From NCBI GenBank assembly GCA_046597055.1, contig JBKJLC010000282.1, positions 1 through 34,203 on the forward strand: DNA of 34,203 bases. The letters run 5' to 3'. Made by a program: the position numbers and the translations under genes. The stretch's first letter is position 1. Each line of letters starts with the position of its first letter. Positions 1 through 8,845 of this stretch are shown here, in pieces. Below the pieces are notes generated by a model. The model had not been told where the DNA came from and searched no databases. It saw only the letters and a program-made list of their open reading frames with translations. The DNA comes from Kofleriaceae bacterium. Its GTDB lineage: Bacteria; Myxococcota_A; Polyangia; Haliangiales; Haliangiaceae.

Positions 1-2
1 AC

Positions 3-173
3 CTCGAGGCCGAGCACCAGCGCCACTCCGATGCGGTCGCCGCGCTCGCCGCTCGGTTCGACGCCTTTGTCCACAGTCAGGCCAACCACCACCACGTTCA
101 CTTGCGCCCCACCGAGCCATACCGCCGGCTCGTGGAGGAGCGGCTCTACCCGCCGCCAGCTCCCGCCGACTGA
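3..173 (+). CDS. 3' end of a hypothetical protein running in from the left edge (partial)
   Basis: Open frame from position 3 (LEAEHQRHSDAVAALAARFDAFVHSQANHHHVHLRPTEPYRRLVEERLYPPPAPAD) to TGA at 171-173, with mostly G/C third positions. No family recognised. Confidence 0.45.
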   Translation, partial: LEAEHQRHSDAVAALAARFDAFVHSQANHHHVHLRPTEPYRRLVEERLYPPPAPAD

Positions 174-779
174 CGCGGCGACCGGGCAGTCGACCGTCAG
201 TTTTCTACGGAATCAGGTGGTCATCGACAATACCTGTGCCGGGCGTGTAGCTGGCGCCGCGCGCTACGAGCGCCGCGGTGTAGGGGCCGACGAAGTGCCG
301 TGTGCGAGCTGGGGCCGACGCAAAGTGCCGCATGCGAGCTGCTGACATCTGGCTGGTGGCTGCTGACCCTTCATCTTCGGCGGCGGGCTAACGCGGATCC
401 ACCTGGCGGCGGGATACGAAGCCCCTTGGCCGCGCGATTCGGATGGCGTCGGCGGCTGGGTACGGATCCACTTTGCCCACGGACTTCCAGCTCAGCACAC
501 GCCGGTCAGCGCGGTGGGCACGAGATCTGCGTCGCCTCCACCCGATCCGCCGATCGGCGGCGCAATCGGAACAGGGTCGCGTTGCCACGTGGCAACCGTC
601 GGTTGCTGCCGGCTGGCCGGACACCGAGGGTGGTGGCCGGTCGCGCCCGCGGGTCCGGGATCACGCGCCCGACGTCGAGAACCGGAGGCGCCTTCGCTCG
701 CCCTGAGCGTCAAGGCTTCCCTCGCTACGCGAGGCGCTTCGCGGCCTTGACGCCGGGCTCGCTGCGGCTGGGCGGCGGT

Positions 780-1440
780 TGGGTGCCTGACACCTGGCCC
801 GGGTCTGGGTGGTCGGGTGCATGGGGTACCTGCATGGGGTACCTGACACATGGTCCGGGTCTGGGCGGTCGGGTGCCTGGGCGGCAGGGTGCCTGACACC
901 CGGTCCCGGACGGAGTACCTGGTTGACGACGCGCGGCCAGCGGGCGGGTGGCTGACACCTCAGCGGGCGGGTGCCTGAAACCTGATCCCGGCTGACACCT
1001 GATCGGGCGGGTGCCTGACACCTGATCCTGGACAGACCCCTGAGCGGGCGGGTGCCAGCGGGCGGGTGCCTGACACCTGATCCCGGACAGGTGCCAGCGG
1101 GCGGGTGCCTGACACCTGATCCCGGACACCTGATCCCGGACACATGATCCCGGACAGACCCCTCAGCGGGCGGGTGCTTGACACATGATCCCGGACACCG
1201 GATCCCGGACACCGGATCCCGGACACCTGATCCCGAACGTGCCCGACACATGATCCCGCACGTGCCCGACACCTGATTCCGCGGGTCTGATCCCGCCCGA
1301 CCGTTCGGGCGCGCGGGTGCATTACACCTGGTCCCGAACACCCGATCCAGGACACATGAGCCCGGACAACTAATCCCACCCGCCCGTGGCCGGTCGGGCC
1401 CCGGACACGTGATCCCGGACCTGATCCGGGACACCCGACT
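780..1440. repeat. Intergenic repeat cluster 1: REP-like 13-mer GGTGCCTGACACC plus tandem 14-mer TGATCCCGGACACC
   Basis: Exact GGTGCCTGACACC at 782, 888, 1010, 1065 and 1104. Variants at 947 (GGTGGCTGACACC), 970 and ~1173, often preceded by CAGCGGGCG. The 14-bp TGATCCCGGACAC[CA] unit runs in tandem from ~1117 to 1230 and decays toward 1440. Confidence 0.9.
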
Positions 1441-1779
1441 CCACACGAACCGCCGCACCTCGAACGTGAGACGCAGCCACCACGACGGAGCCGTGCCCCG
1501 GCTTCGGCGGCGGCCCGGTAGCCTTCGTCACGTACCGAGGAGCCGGACACGGATCTGGACGCCTCTTCACCCCGCCGAACGTCCGTGCGTTCCCCGCGAG
1601 GCGAGCCGTACGGCGCGGGAACCCCGCCCGCGGAGCTCCTGTGACCCCGGTCGGAGGCTCCGGCCTCATAAAAAACGCCAACCCGAAGACCAGCGGGGGC
1701 CGTGCCCGCAGACGGATGGCTGACACCGCTTGTGGCGCAGGGGGCTTCTTGCGTAGATTCCCGCCCTTGGAGACCCACA

Positions 1780-4773
1780 ATGGGGATCGTTGACCTCTTT
1801 CGCCCCAAGTACCGACACAGCGACGCCAAGGTTCGCCTGGAGGCAGTGCGCGCGCTGTCGTCAGATGAGTCAGGCGTCCTCGCCGCAGTCGCCCGGACCG
1901 ACAAGGATCCGGGCGTCCGCCGCGTCGCCATCGAGAAGATCGAGGAGGTCGATCTCCTCGCCGAGATCTCCGAGCGAGATGATGACCGCGTGCTGCGCGA
2001 CCTCGCCGGTGCTCGTGCCGCAGCGATGTGGGTCAGCGGCGCGTGCCAAGATGATGATCCCACCTTGGCCGAAGCGTCGCTCGCCGGCCTGATCCGGTTG
2101 GGCGATCAGCGCGCCCTTGTCGAGGTCTCGTCCCGGGCAGCCGTGCGTGACATCCGGACCCGCGCCCAGGCAGAGTTGCGCGAGCCGCGTGCGCTCGCCG
2201 ATCTGGCACGCACCACCACCTCTCACGAGGTCAGGCAGCAGGCGATGGCTCGACTGGAGGACGCCGAAGTTCTCCGAGCGCTAGCGATCGATACGACAGT
2301 TAAGGAGCTCGGTCTCCTCGCCGTCGACAAGCTGACGCAGAAGGAGGTGTTGGAGCAGGTCGCGCACAAGGCGAAGGCCAAGGCGGTCCGACAGCGTGCG
2401 CGCAAGAAGCTCGACGAGATTGCCGAGGGCGAAGCAGCCCGCCGCCCCCGTGAATCCGACGACCTGCTCCGTCGCCGCGCGGAGAAATCGCAGCTCCTGC
2501 GGACGATCGACGCGCTGGCCGAGACGTTCGAGTGGCAGAAGTCGCTGGACACTGTCCAAACGGCCGAGAGCGCCTGGGCGGCGCTGGGCGATACGCAGGA
2601 ACCCGCGGTCGATGAGCGCTTCGGACGCGCAGTCGCTCGTTATCACGTGCGCAGGACGGCGGCCGAGCGCCAGGTCCAGGATCGAGGAGCGACCGCCGCT
2701 GCCGAAGCGCGTGCTCGCCGTGGGGCCGAGGCTCGGGCCGCCGAGGTCCGCGCCGCTCGCGATGCGGTCGCTGACGATGGTGACGTCGTGAACGTGACAG
2801 CCGTCGCCGCGGCGGAACCGGATGAGACGCGCGCGGCCCGCGAGCTCGCGGCCGCCGAGCGACGAGAGGCGCGCGAACGGGAGCACGTCGAGGACCAGAC
2901 CCGCCGCGACCGTGAGGCGGCCGAGCGGGCGACTCGCCAGAAGGAAGCCGCCGAGCGCGGCGTGCAGATCGCGCTCAGCTTGAATGCGCTCATCGAGGAG
3001 ATGACCGGCCTGGTCGAGTCCAGCGACGCCAAGTCGATCGACCGGATCCTCGGCCAGGCTGCGACAGCGTTCAGCCAGCTCGTCAAGGTTCCGCCGGCCG
3101 AGCGCGCACCGCTCGAGATGCGCTATGGAGAGATCCGGTCGAAGCTGGTGATCCAGCTCAAGGATCTTCGTGAGGGCGAGGAGTGGAAGCGCTGGGCTGC
3201 TGTGCCCCGCGCGGAAGCCCTGATCACGGCCGCTCGCGCGCTGGCCGAGTCCGAAGAGGTGCCGGGCTTGCCAGCACTCAAGGACCTGCAGTTGCGCTGG
3301 AAGCAGGTTGGGCCGCTGCCTCTGAAGCGGTCGCAGGAGCTCTGGGAGCAATTCAAGACGGTCGCCGATGCCGCCTTTGCACGAATCAGGACTGGCCGCG
3401 AAGTCGAGCATCAGAAGCTCGGCGAGAACCTGAAGATCAAGGAGCAGCTCGTCGTTCAGGCCGAGGCGCTTGCCGAGTCCAGCGATTGGGACGCGACCGC
3501 CCTCGTCCTCAAGGACCTACAGAAGCAGTGGAAGGAGTCCGGCCCCGCGCCCCGTCGCGAGGCTGACGAGATGTGGAAGCGGTTCCGGAGCGCATGCGAC
3601 CGCTTCTTCGAGCGGCGCAAGCCAATGCTGGATGCGCAGATGGACGAGTTGCGCGAGAACCAGGGTCGCAAGGAGGACCTGATCGCACAAGCGGAGGCCC
3701 TGGTTGCGCGAGCCCCGGCTGACGGCGGATGGGGTAAGGCCATCAGCGATATCAAGGCGATGCAACGCGAGTGGACCGAGATCGGACGGGTTCCGCGGTC
3801 CGAGGTAGAGAACCTCTGGCACCGCTTCCGTGCCGCCTGCGACAGCCTATTCAGCAAGCGTGATGCAGTGCGCGATGCGGATGCGGATGCCCGGCGGGCC
3901 GAGCTCGAGGGGCTCCGCGCCGAGATTGACGCGATCTCTGCTGGCGGCGAAGATGTTGCCCAGCGTGCGCTGGCAGTTCGCCGCAAGGTGCTCGAGATGA
4001 CCGAGCAAGACATCGAGCCGGGTACCGAGTTGCGCGGGGTCTACGAGGCGATGCTTCGTACGCTCATGACCGAGCACGGCGACGTGCTTCGTGGAACCGA
4101 GCTCGACCCGGTCGCGATGGCTTCCCGCCGCGACAAGCTGATGGGCCGCGCCGAGGCCTTGCTGCCAAAGGACTCGCCGGCCCTTGGTTCCGACGCATCT
4201 CCGGCCGAGCTCGCCCAGCGGCTGCGTCAGGCGATGGCGGCCAACTCGCTCTTCAAGGCTGACAGCCGAGACCCCTTTGAGGTCGTCGAGGAGCTCCGGG
4301 ACGAGTGGCGTGTCATCGGGCCCGTGGTCGGTGCCCAGGCGGAGGCGCAGGCAGCGCGCTTCGGCGAGATTTGCGACCGGGTCGTTGCAGGCAATGGCGG
4401 CGCGGCTTCGCACGACCACCGCGAGTCGGCGGACGCTGGAGAACCGCGCGGACGGCGTCGTGATCGTCGCGATCGCCGCCCGGATGCCATCGCCAGCCAG
4501 CCGAAGGCCGACACATCGTGGGCCGCCAGTGCGGCCCCGAGCCCACCCGACGTCGCACTCGTCGCGCCGCCGGTTGCGTCCGAGGTCAGCGCACAATCCG
4601 CACCGGCGGAAGCGGCGATGCTCACCAGGTCGTCGGCTACTGGCATGGACGAGACCAAAGCGAACGACGCAGTGGTCGCAACCGAGGCGCCAGCAGGACG
4701 GGCGCGCTCGCAGACGGCCCCGGCGGAGATCGAACCCAAAGAGGTGGATCCCGTCGATTCCGGCTGGGAGTAG
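1780..4773 (+). CDS. DUF349 domain-containing protein with N-terminal HEAT-like repeats
   Basis: ATG at 1780 behind GGAG. Typical N-terminus LFRPKYRHSDAKVRLEAV. Repeated DUF349 units (LQLRWKQVGP...ELWEQFKTVAD, LQKQWKESGP...EMWKRFRSACDRFF, MQREWTEIGRVP...LWHRFRAACD). Low-complexity C-tail. Confidence 0.9.
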   Translation: MGIVDLFRPKYRHSDAKVRLEAVRALSSDESGVLAAVARTDKDPGVRRVAIEKIEEVDLLAEISERDDDRVLRDLAGARAAAMWVSGACQDDDPTLAEASLAGLIRLGDQRALVEVSSRAAVRDIRTRAQAELREPRALADLARTTTSHEVRQQAMARLEDAEVLRALAIDTTVKELGLLAVDKLTQKEVLEQVAHKAKAKAVRQRARKKLDEIAEGEAARRPRESDDLLRRRAEKSQLLRTIDALAETFEWQKSLDTVQTAESAWAALGDTQEPAVDERFGRAVARYHVRRTAAERQVQDRGATAAAEARARRGAEARAAEVRAARDAVADDGDVVNVTAVAAAEPDETRAARELAAAERREAREREHVEDQTRRDREAAERATRQKEAAERGVQIALSLNALIEEMTGLVESSDAKSIDRILGQAATAFSQLVKVPPAERAPLEMRYGEIRSKLVIQLKDLREGEEWKRWAAVPRAEALITAARALAESEEVPGLPALKDLQLRWKQVGPLPLKRSQELWEQFKTVADAAFARIRTGREVEHQKLGENLKIKEQLVVQAEALAESSDWDATALVLKDLQKQWKESGPAPRREADEMWKRFRSACDRFFERRKPMLDAQMDELRENQGRKEDLIAQAEALVARAPADGGWGKAISDIKAMQREWTEIGRVPRSEVENLWHRFRAACDSLFSKRDAVRDADADARRAELEGLRAEIDAISAGGEDVAQRALAVRRKVLEMTEQDIEPGTELRGVYEAMLRTLMTEHGDVLRGTELDPVAMASRRDKLMGRAEALLPKDSPALGSDASPAELAQRLRQAMAANSLFKADSRDPFEVVEELRDEWRVIGPVVGAQAEAQAARFGEICDRVVAGNGGAASHDHRESADAGEPRGRRRDRRDRRPDAIASQPKADTSWAASAAPSPPDVALVAPPVASEVSAQSAPAEAAMLTRSSATGMDETKANDAVVATEAPAGRARSQTAPAEIEPKEVDPVDSGWE

Positions 4774-4850
4774 GTCGGCCGGCGGTGCGATGGCATAGCC
4801 ATCGGCATCCTGGGGCTTGGCAAGCCGGGCCGAGTGCGCAAAGCTCAGGC

Positions 4851-5126
4851 ATGGGGTCCCCGGCCGCCAAGCTCTTGCTGATGGCGTTTCTCTTGCCAGC
4901 GGCTGTGGTCTTCGTCCTGGCGTACCGGCACGCCCTTCGACATTGGCTGACGCGGCCGGACGAGCACGTGCCCCGTGCAGCCATCGCCAGTCGTAACCTG
5001 GTCTTGGACCGTAGCGACGTCGGGTGTCGCTTCCATGCGGTAGCTATCGGGACGGCCTTCGCGTCGGTATTCGTCATGAGCGCGATCGCCGCGGCGATGG
5101 TCGTTACGGCGCTTCTCGCGATCTGA
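4851..5126 (+). CDS. Small hypothetical membrane protein (2 TM)
   Basis: Two hydrophobic stretches (LLLMAFLLPAAVVFVLAY; AVAIGTAFASVFVMSAIAAAMVVTALLAI). Start codon uncertain (4851 or 4881). Confidence 0.5.
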   Translation: MGSPAAKLLLMAFLLPAAVVFVLAYRHALRHWLTRPDEHVPRAAIASRNLVLDRSDVGCRFHAVAIGTAFASVFVMSAIAAAMVVTALLAI

Positions 5127-5194
5127 CGGCGGGTCCGGCCGTCGAGGCAGCGCACCACCATCCCGGCGCGGCCACGCCGCTCGCGGCGGCGCAG

Positions 5195-6190
5195 CCACCC
5201 CGTGAGCCGGTGGCGTCAGCCACCCCGTGACCCGGCGGTGTCCGTGACCCGGCGGTGTCAGCCACCCGGTAAATTCGCTGGCGTCAGCCACCTGGCACCC
5301 CAGACCTGCACCTCAGTGGTGTCAGCGACCCGGACCTCGGCCGACCGACCTCTCTGGTGTCAGCGACCTCTCTGGTGTCAGCCACCAGCACCCCAGCGGT
5401 GTCCGCCACTTGGACCTCGGCCACCTGGGCCTCCGGGTGTCAGCCACCCGTCACCCCCGGGACTCGGCCACCCGGGCCTCGCCGGTGTGAACCACCCGGC
5501 ACCCAAGCGGTACCCCAGCCAGCCGGCACCCCAGCGGTGTCCGCCAACCGGACCTTGACCACCCGGCACCGCAGCGGTGTCAGCCACCCGTCACCGCGGT
5601 GTCAGCCACCCGTCACCCCGCCACCCGTCACCCCACGGCCACCCAGCACTCCACGGTGTCAGCCACTCGGCAGCATGGTCACTCGGCATGATGCCAGCCA
5701 CCCGGAACCAGCCACCCGGAACCAGCTGGTGTGGGCCACCCGGGTTCAGCAGGTGCCAGCCTCTCGGAACCAGAGGTCCCAGTATCCCGTCGGTGTCACC
5801 CACTCGGTACTACCCAGCCTTGGCGGCGGTGTCAGCCACCCGCACAGCCGCGGTGTCAGCCACCCGCACAGCCGGCGGCGGTGTCAGCCACCCGCACAGC
5901 CGGCGGTGTCAGCCACCCGCACAGCCAGCCACCCGCACAGCCACGACCGGGCACCAGTCGCCACCCGCACAGCCACGACCGGGCACCAGTCGGCCACGCC
6001 AAACCAGCCACCCGGAACCGGTCGGCCGCCCCACAACGCCCGGTACCAGCCAGCCGCCACCCGGGCCCGGTACCAGTCACCCGGCACCCGTCGGCCACCC
6101 CAAACCAGTCGGTGTCAGCCACGGGGGACCGCCACCCAAACCAGTCGATGCCACCCACCGGGCGCGGGTCCGGTGTCACCAACCGGGCGG
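5195..6190. repeat. Intergenic repeat cluster 2: REP-like 13-mer GGTGTCAGCCACC, reverse orientation to cluster 1
   Basis: Exact GGTGTCAGCCACC at 5254, 5374, 5436, 5576, 5598, 5828, 5852, 5880 and 5905, plus many degenerate copies. A tandem ~24-28 bp unit CGGTGTCAGCCACCCGCACAGC spans 5827-5940. Confidence 0.9.
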
Positions 6191-6234
6191 TCGCGGACGC
6201 CTGGCGGGCAGCTGCCACGACGTCGCCCGGCGCC

Positions 6235-6864
6235 TCACGGGAGCGCGAGGCCGTCTGTCCGTAGCTCCGCCGCGCCGGTGCCGTCGATCCGGTAGCGATG
6301 CACCCGGCCCAGGCCCTCGCGTAGGTAGCGGCGCAGGTGCACGAGGATCCCCCAGCGCGGCGAGACCTCGAAGCCCGTGATGGTGAAGCCGGCGCGCAGC
6401 TTGGGCACCAGCACGGCGTTGTTGTCGGCCCGGTGGCGGCTCCACACCTCGGCGAACCCAGCCGCCTCGGCCGCCGCCACGACGCGCGGCAGGAACCCGG
6501 TGTAAAGCCCGCGGCCCTGCCACGCTCGTCGGAAGACGGTGCTCACCATGTAGTAGCGGCTGTACGGCTCCTGGATCCCCCAGTACGCGCCGATGACCTC
6601 CCCTCGAGCCACGAAGAGCAGGCGGTGCGCCAGCGGCGTGCCGAGCACGGCGTCGAGATCGGCGCCGCGTGCACGCTGCTCGGCCGGCGCCAGAACCCCG
6701 GGGCTCACGCCGGGACGGTCGTCGGCTTCGAGCCGAACGGGGTCCGCGGCAACATGCCAGGTCTCGGCATCCGCGTGGTGGATCTCGACGCCCTCGGCCA
6801 GGGGCGCAACGAGGTGCTCCAGCGTGGCGGCGTCGAAGCGAGCGCGAGCATCGTCGGCGGGCAT
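6235..6864 (-). CDS. GNAT family N-acetyltransferase
   Basis: Acetyl-CoA binding motif A (VFRRAWQGRGLY) and C-terminal N..VLVPKLRAGFTITGFE. Start set at MPADD (6864) so it does not overlap glgB. Confidence 0.8.
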   Translation of the reverse strand: MPADDARARFDAATLEHLVAPLAEGVEIHHADAETWHVAADPVRLEADDRPGVSPGVLAPAEQRARGADLDAVLGTPLAHRLLFVARGEVIGAYWGIQEPYSRYYMVSTVFRRAWQGRGLYTGFLPRVVAAAEAAGFAEVWSRHRADNNAVLVPKLRAGFTITGFEVSPRWGILVHLRRYLREGLGRVHRYRIDGTGAAELRTDGLALP

Positions 6865-6943
6865 CGCAACATCATGCCATCGCCGGTTGTCACGTGGCGA
6901 GGCGGACGGTTGCCCCCACCCCTGATACGCTCGCGCGAGCGCG

Positions 6944-8845
6944 ATGCCGAGCCGTTTCACCGACGACGATCTGCACCTGTTCAACGAGGGCACGCATTAC
7001 CGGCTGCACGACAAGCTTGGAGCGCACGTAGGCCGCGCCGGCGGCGTCGATTTTGCGGTGTGGGCGCCCAACGCCGCACGGGTCGACGTGATCGGCGACT
7101 GGAACGACTGGGCGACCGGAACCGCACTCGCACCGCGCGCCCACTCGGGGATCTGGGAGGGGGACGACCGCCGGGCCGAGCCCGACCACCGGTACAAGCT
7201 CCGCATCACGACCCGTGACGGCCAGGTGCTCGACAAGGCCGATCCGTTCGCGTTCTTCGCCGAGGTGCCGCCGCGGACCGCGTCGATCATCTGGTCCGGC
7301 ACCCATGCGTGGAACGACGACGGCTGGCGCCGCGAACGGCCGGCCCACGCCCGGCTCGACGCGCCCTGGTCGATCTACGAGGTCCATCTGGGCTCGTGGA
7401 TGCGCGAGCACGGCGCCACCGGGGCTCGGCTCGGCTATCGCGAGCTAGGCGAGCGTCTCGCCGAGCATGTCGGTCGCACCGGCTTCACGCACGTCCAGCT
7501 CATGCCCGTGATGGAGCACCCGTTCTACGGTTCCTGGGGCTATCAGGTCACCGGCTACTTCGCGGCGACCAGTCGCTACGGTCGACCCGAGGACCTCATG
7601 GTGCTGGTCGACACGCTGCACGCAGCGGGCATTGGCGTGCTCCTTGACTGGGTCCCCGCCCACTTCCCGACCGACGCGCACGGCCTCGGCTGGTTCGACG
7701 GGACCCACCTGTTCGAGCACGCCGACCCGCAGCGCGGGTTTCATCCCGACTGGACGAGCTACATCTTCAACTTCTCGCGCCACGAGGTGCGGTCGTTCCT
7801 GATCTCGTCGGCCTTCTGCTGGCTCGAACGCTTCCATGTCGACGGCCTGCGTGTCGACGGCGTTGCCTCGATGCTCTATCGCGACTACTCGCGCGGCGCC
7901 GGTGATTGGGTCCCGGATGTCGACGGCTCGAACCACGATCGCGACGCGATCCGATTCCTGCAGCAGCTCAACACCGCGGTGTACGGCGCGTTTCCCGACG
8001 TGCAGATGATCGCCGAGGAGTCGACCGCATGGGGTGGGGTGTCGCGCCCGCCCGAGTCCGGCGGGCTCGGCTTCGGCATGAAGTGGGACATGGGGTGGAT
8101 GCACGACACCCTCGACTATCTGCACCGCGAGCCGGTGCATCGGCGATGGCACCAGGAGCAGCTCACGTTCCGCGCCATCTATGCGGATAGCGAGAACTTC
8201 GTGCTGCCGCTGTCCCACGACGAGGTCGTGCACGGGAAGGGCTCGCTGCTGACCCGGATGCCTGGCGACGACTGGCAGCGGCGCGCGAACCTGCGGCTGT
8301 TGTTCGGGTACCAGTGGGCCTTGCCCGGCAAGAAGCTTCTGTTCATGGGCGGCGAGCTCGCGCAAGCCCGCGAGTGGAACCACGACGACGTCCTCGACTG
8401 GGCCGGTGCCGATGAACCGGGCCGGGCTGGGGTCCTGGCCTGGGTGCGCGACCTCAACGCGGTGTACCGAAGGTACCCGGCCCTGTACCGCCGCGACTGC
8501 GCGCCCGGCAGCCTCGAGTGGCTCGGCGCCGACGATCGCGATCACTCGGTGCTGGTGTTCATGCGAAACGGCGAGGGCGAGGACCCGCCGGTCGTGATCG
8601 CGCTGAACTTCACCCCGGTGTCCCGACCGGCCTACCGGGTCGGCGCGCCGCGCGCGGGCCGCTGGCGCGAGGTCCTCAACTCCGACGCGGCGATCTACGG
8701 AGGTTCCGGCGTGGGCAACCTCGGCGAGGTCTTCGCGCCCGACGAACCCTGGCACGGGCGCCCGGCTTGCCTGACGCTGGCCCTTCCGCCGCTCGGATGC
8801 GTCTACCTCGCGTGGGATGCGCGCGATCAGGCGGTGGCGCCGTGA
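6944..8845 (+). CDS. glgB: 1,4-alpha-glucan branching enzyme (GH13_9), short N-terminus form
   Basis: Motifs FAVWAPNA, IYEVHLGSW, MPVMEHPFYGSWGYQVTGY, DWVPAHFP, DGLRVDGVASM, IAEEST, ENFVLPLSHDEVVHGKGSLL and PGKKLLFMG. Confidence 0.97.
   Translation: MPSRFTDDDLHLFNEGTHYRLHDKLGAHVGRAGGVDFAVWAPNAARVDVIGDWNDWATGTALAPRAHSGIWEGDDRRAEPDHRYKLRITTRDGQVLDKADPFAFFAEVPPRTASIIWSGTHAWNDDGWRRERPAHARLDAPWSIYEVHLGSWMREHGATGARLGYRELGERLAEHVGRTGFTHVQLMPVMEHPFYGSWGYQVTGYFAATSRYGRPEDLMVLVDTLHAAGIGVLLDWVPAHFPTDAHGLGWFDGTHLFEHADPQRGFHPDWTSYIFNFSRHEVRSFLISSAFCWLERFHVDGLRVDGVASMLYRDYSRGAGDWVPDVDGSNHDRDAIRFLQQLNTAVYGAFPDVQMIAEESTAWGGVSRPPESGGLGFGMKWDMGWMHDTLDYLHREPVHRRWHQEQLTFRAIYADSENFVLPLSHDEVVHGKGSLLTRMPGDDWQRRANLRLLFGYQWALPGKKLLFMGGELAQAREWNHDDVLDWAGADEPGRAGVLAWVRDLNAVYRRYPALYRRDCAPGSLEWLGADDRDHSVLVFMRNGEGEDPPVVIALNFTPVSRPAYRVGAPRAGRWREVLNSDAAIYGGSGVGNLGEVFAPDEPWHGRPACLTLALPPLGCVYLAWDARDQAVAP

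Noticed and set aside
780..1440. CRISPR array
   Set aside because: Repeats are 13-14 bp and irregularly spaced, the intervening sequence is itself repetitive rather than unique spacers, and there are no cas genes in the window.
1702..1779. Upstream start for the DUF349 gene
   Set aside because: This segment contains a REP-like copy. ATG 1780 has an RBS and gives the family-typical N-terminus.
661..2063. Minus-strand ORFs 661..1458, 725..1129 and 960..2063
   Set aside because: They are translations of the repeat cluster or antisense shadows of the DUF349 gene.
5195..6190. CRISPR array or repeat-protein CDS (ORFs 5357..6295, 5577..6380, 5731..6264)
   Set aside because: The same DNA motif is read in all frames (VSAT, CQPP, GVSH), unit lengths are not consistently multiples of 3, and there is no codon bias. 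The repeat is non-coding.
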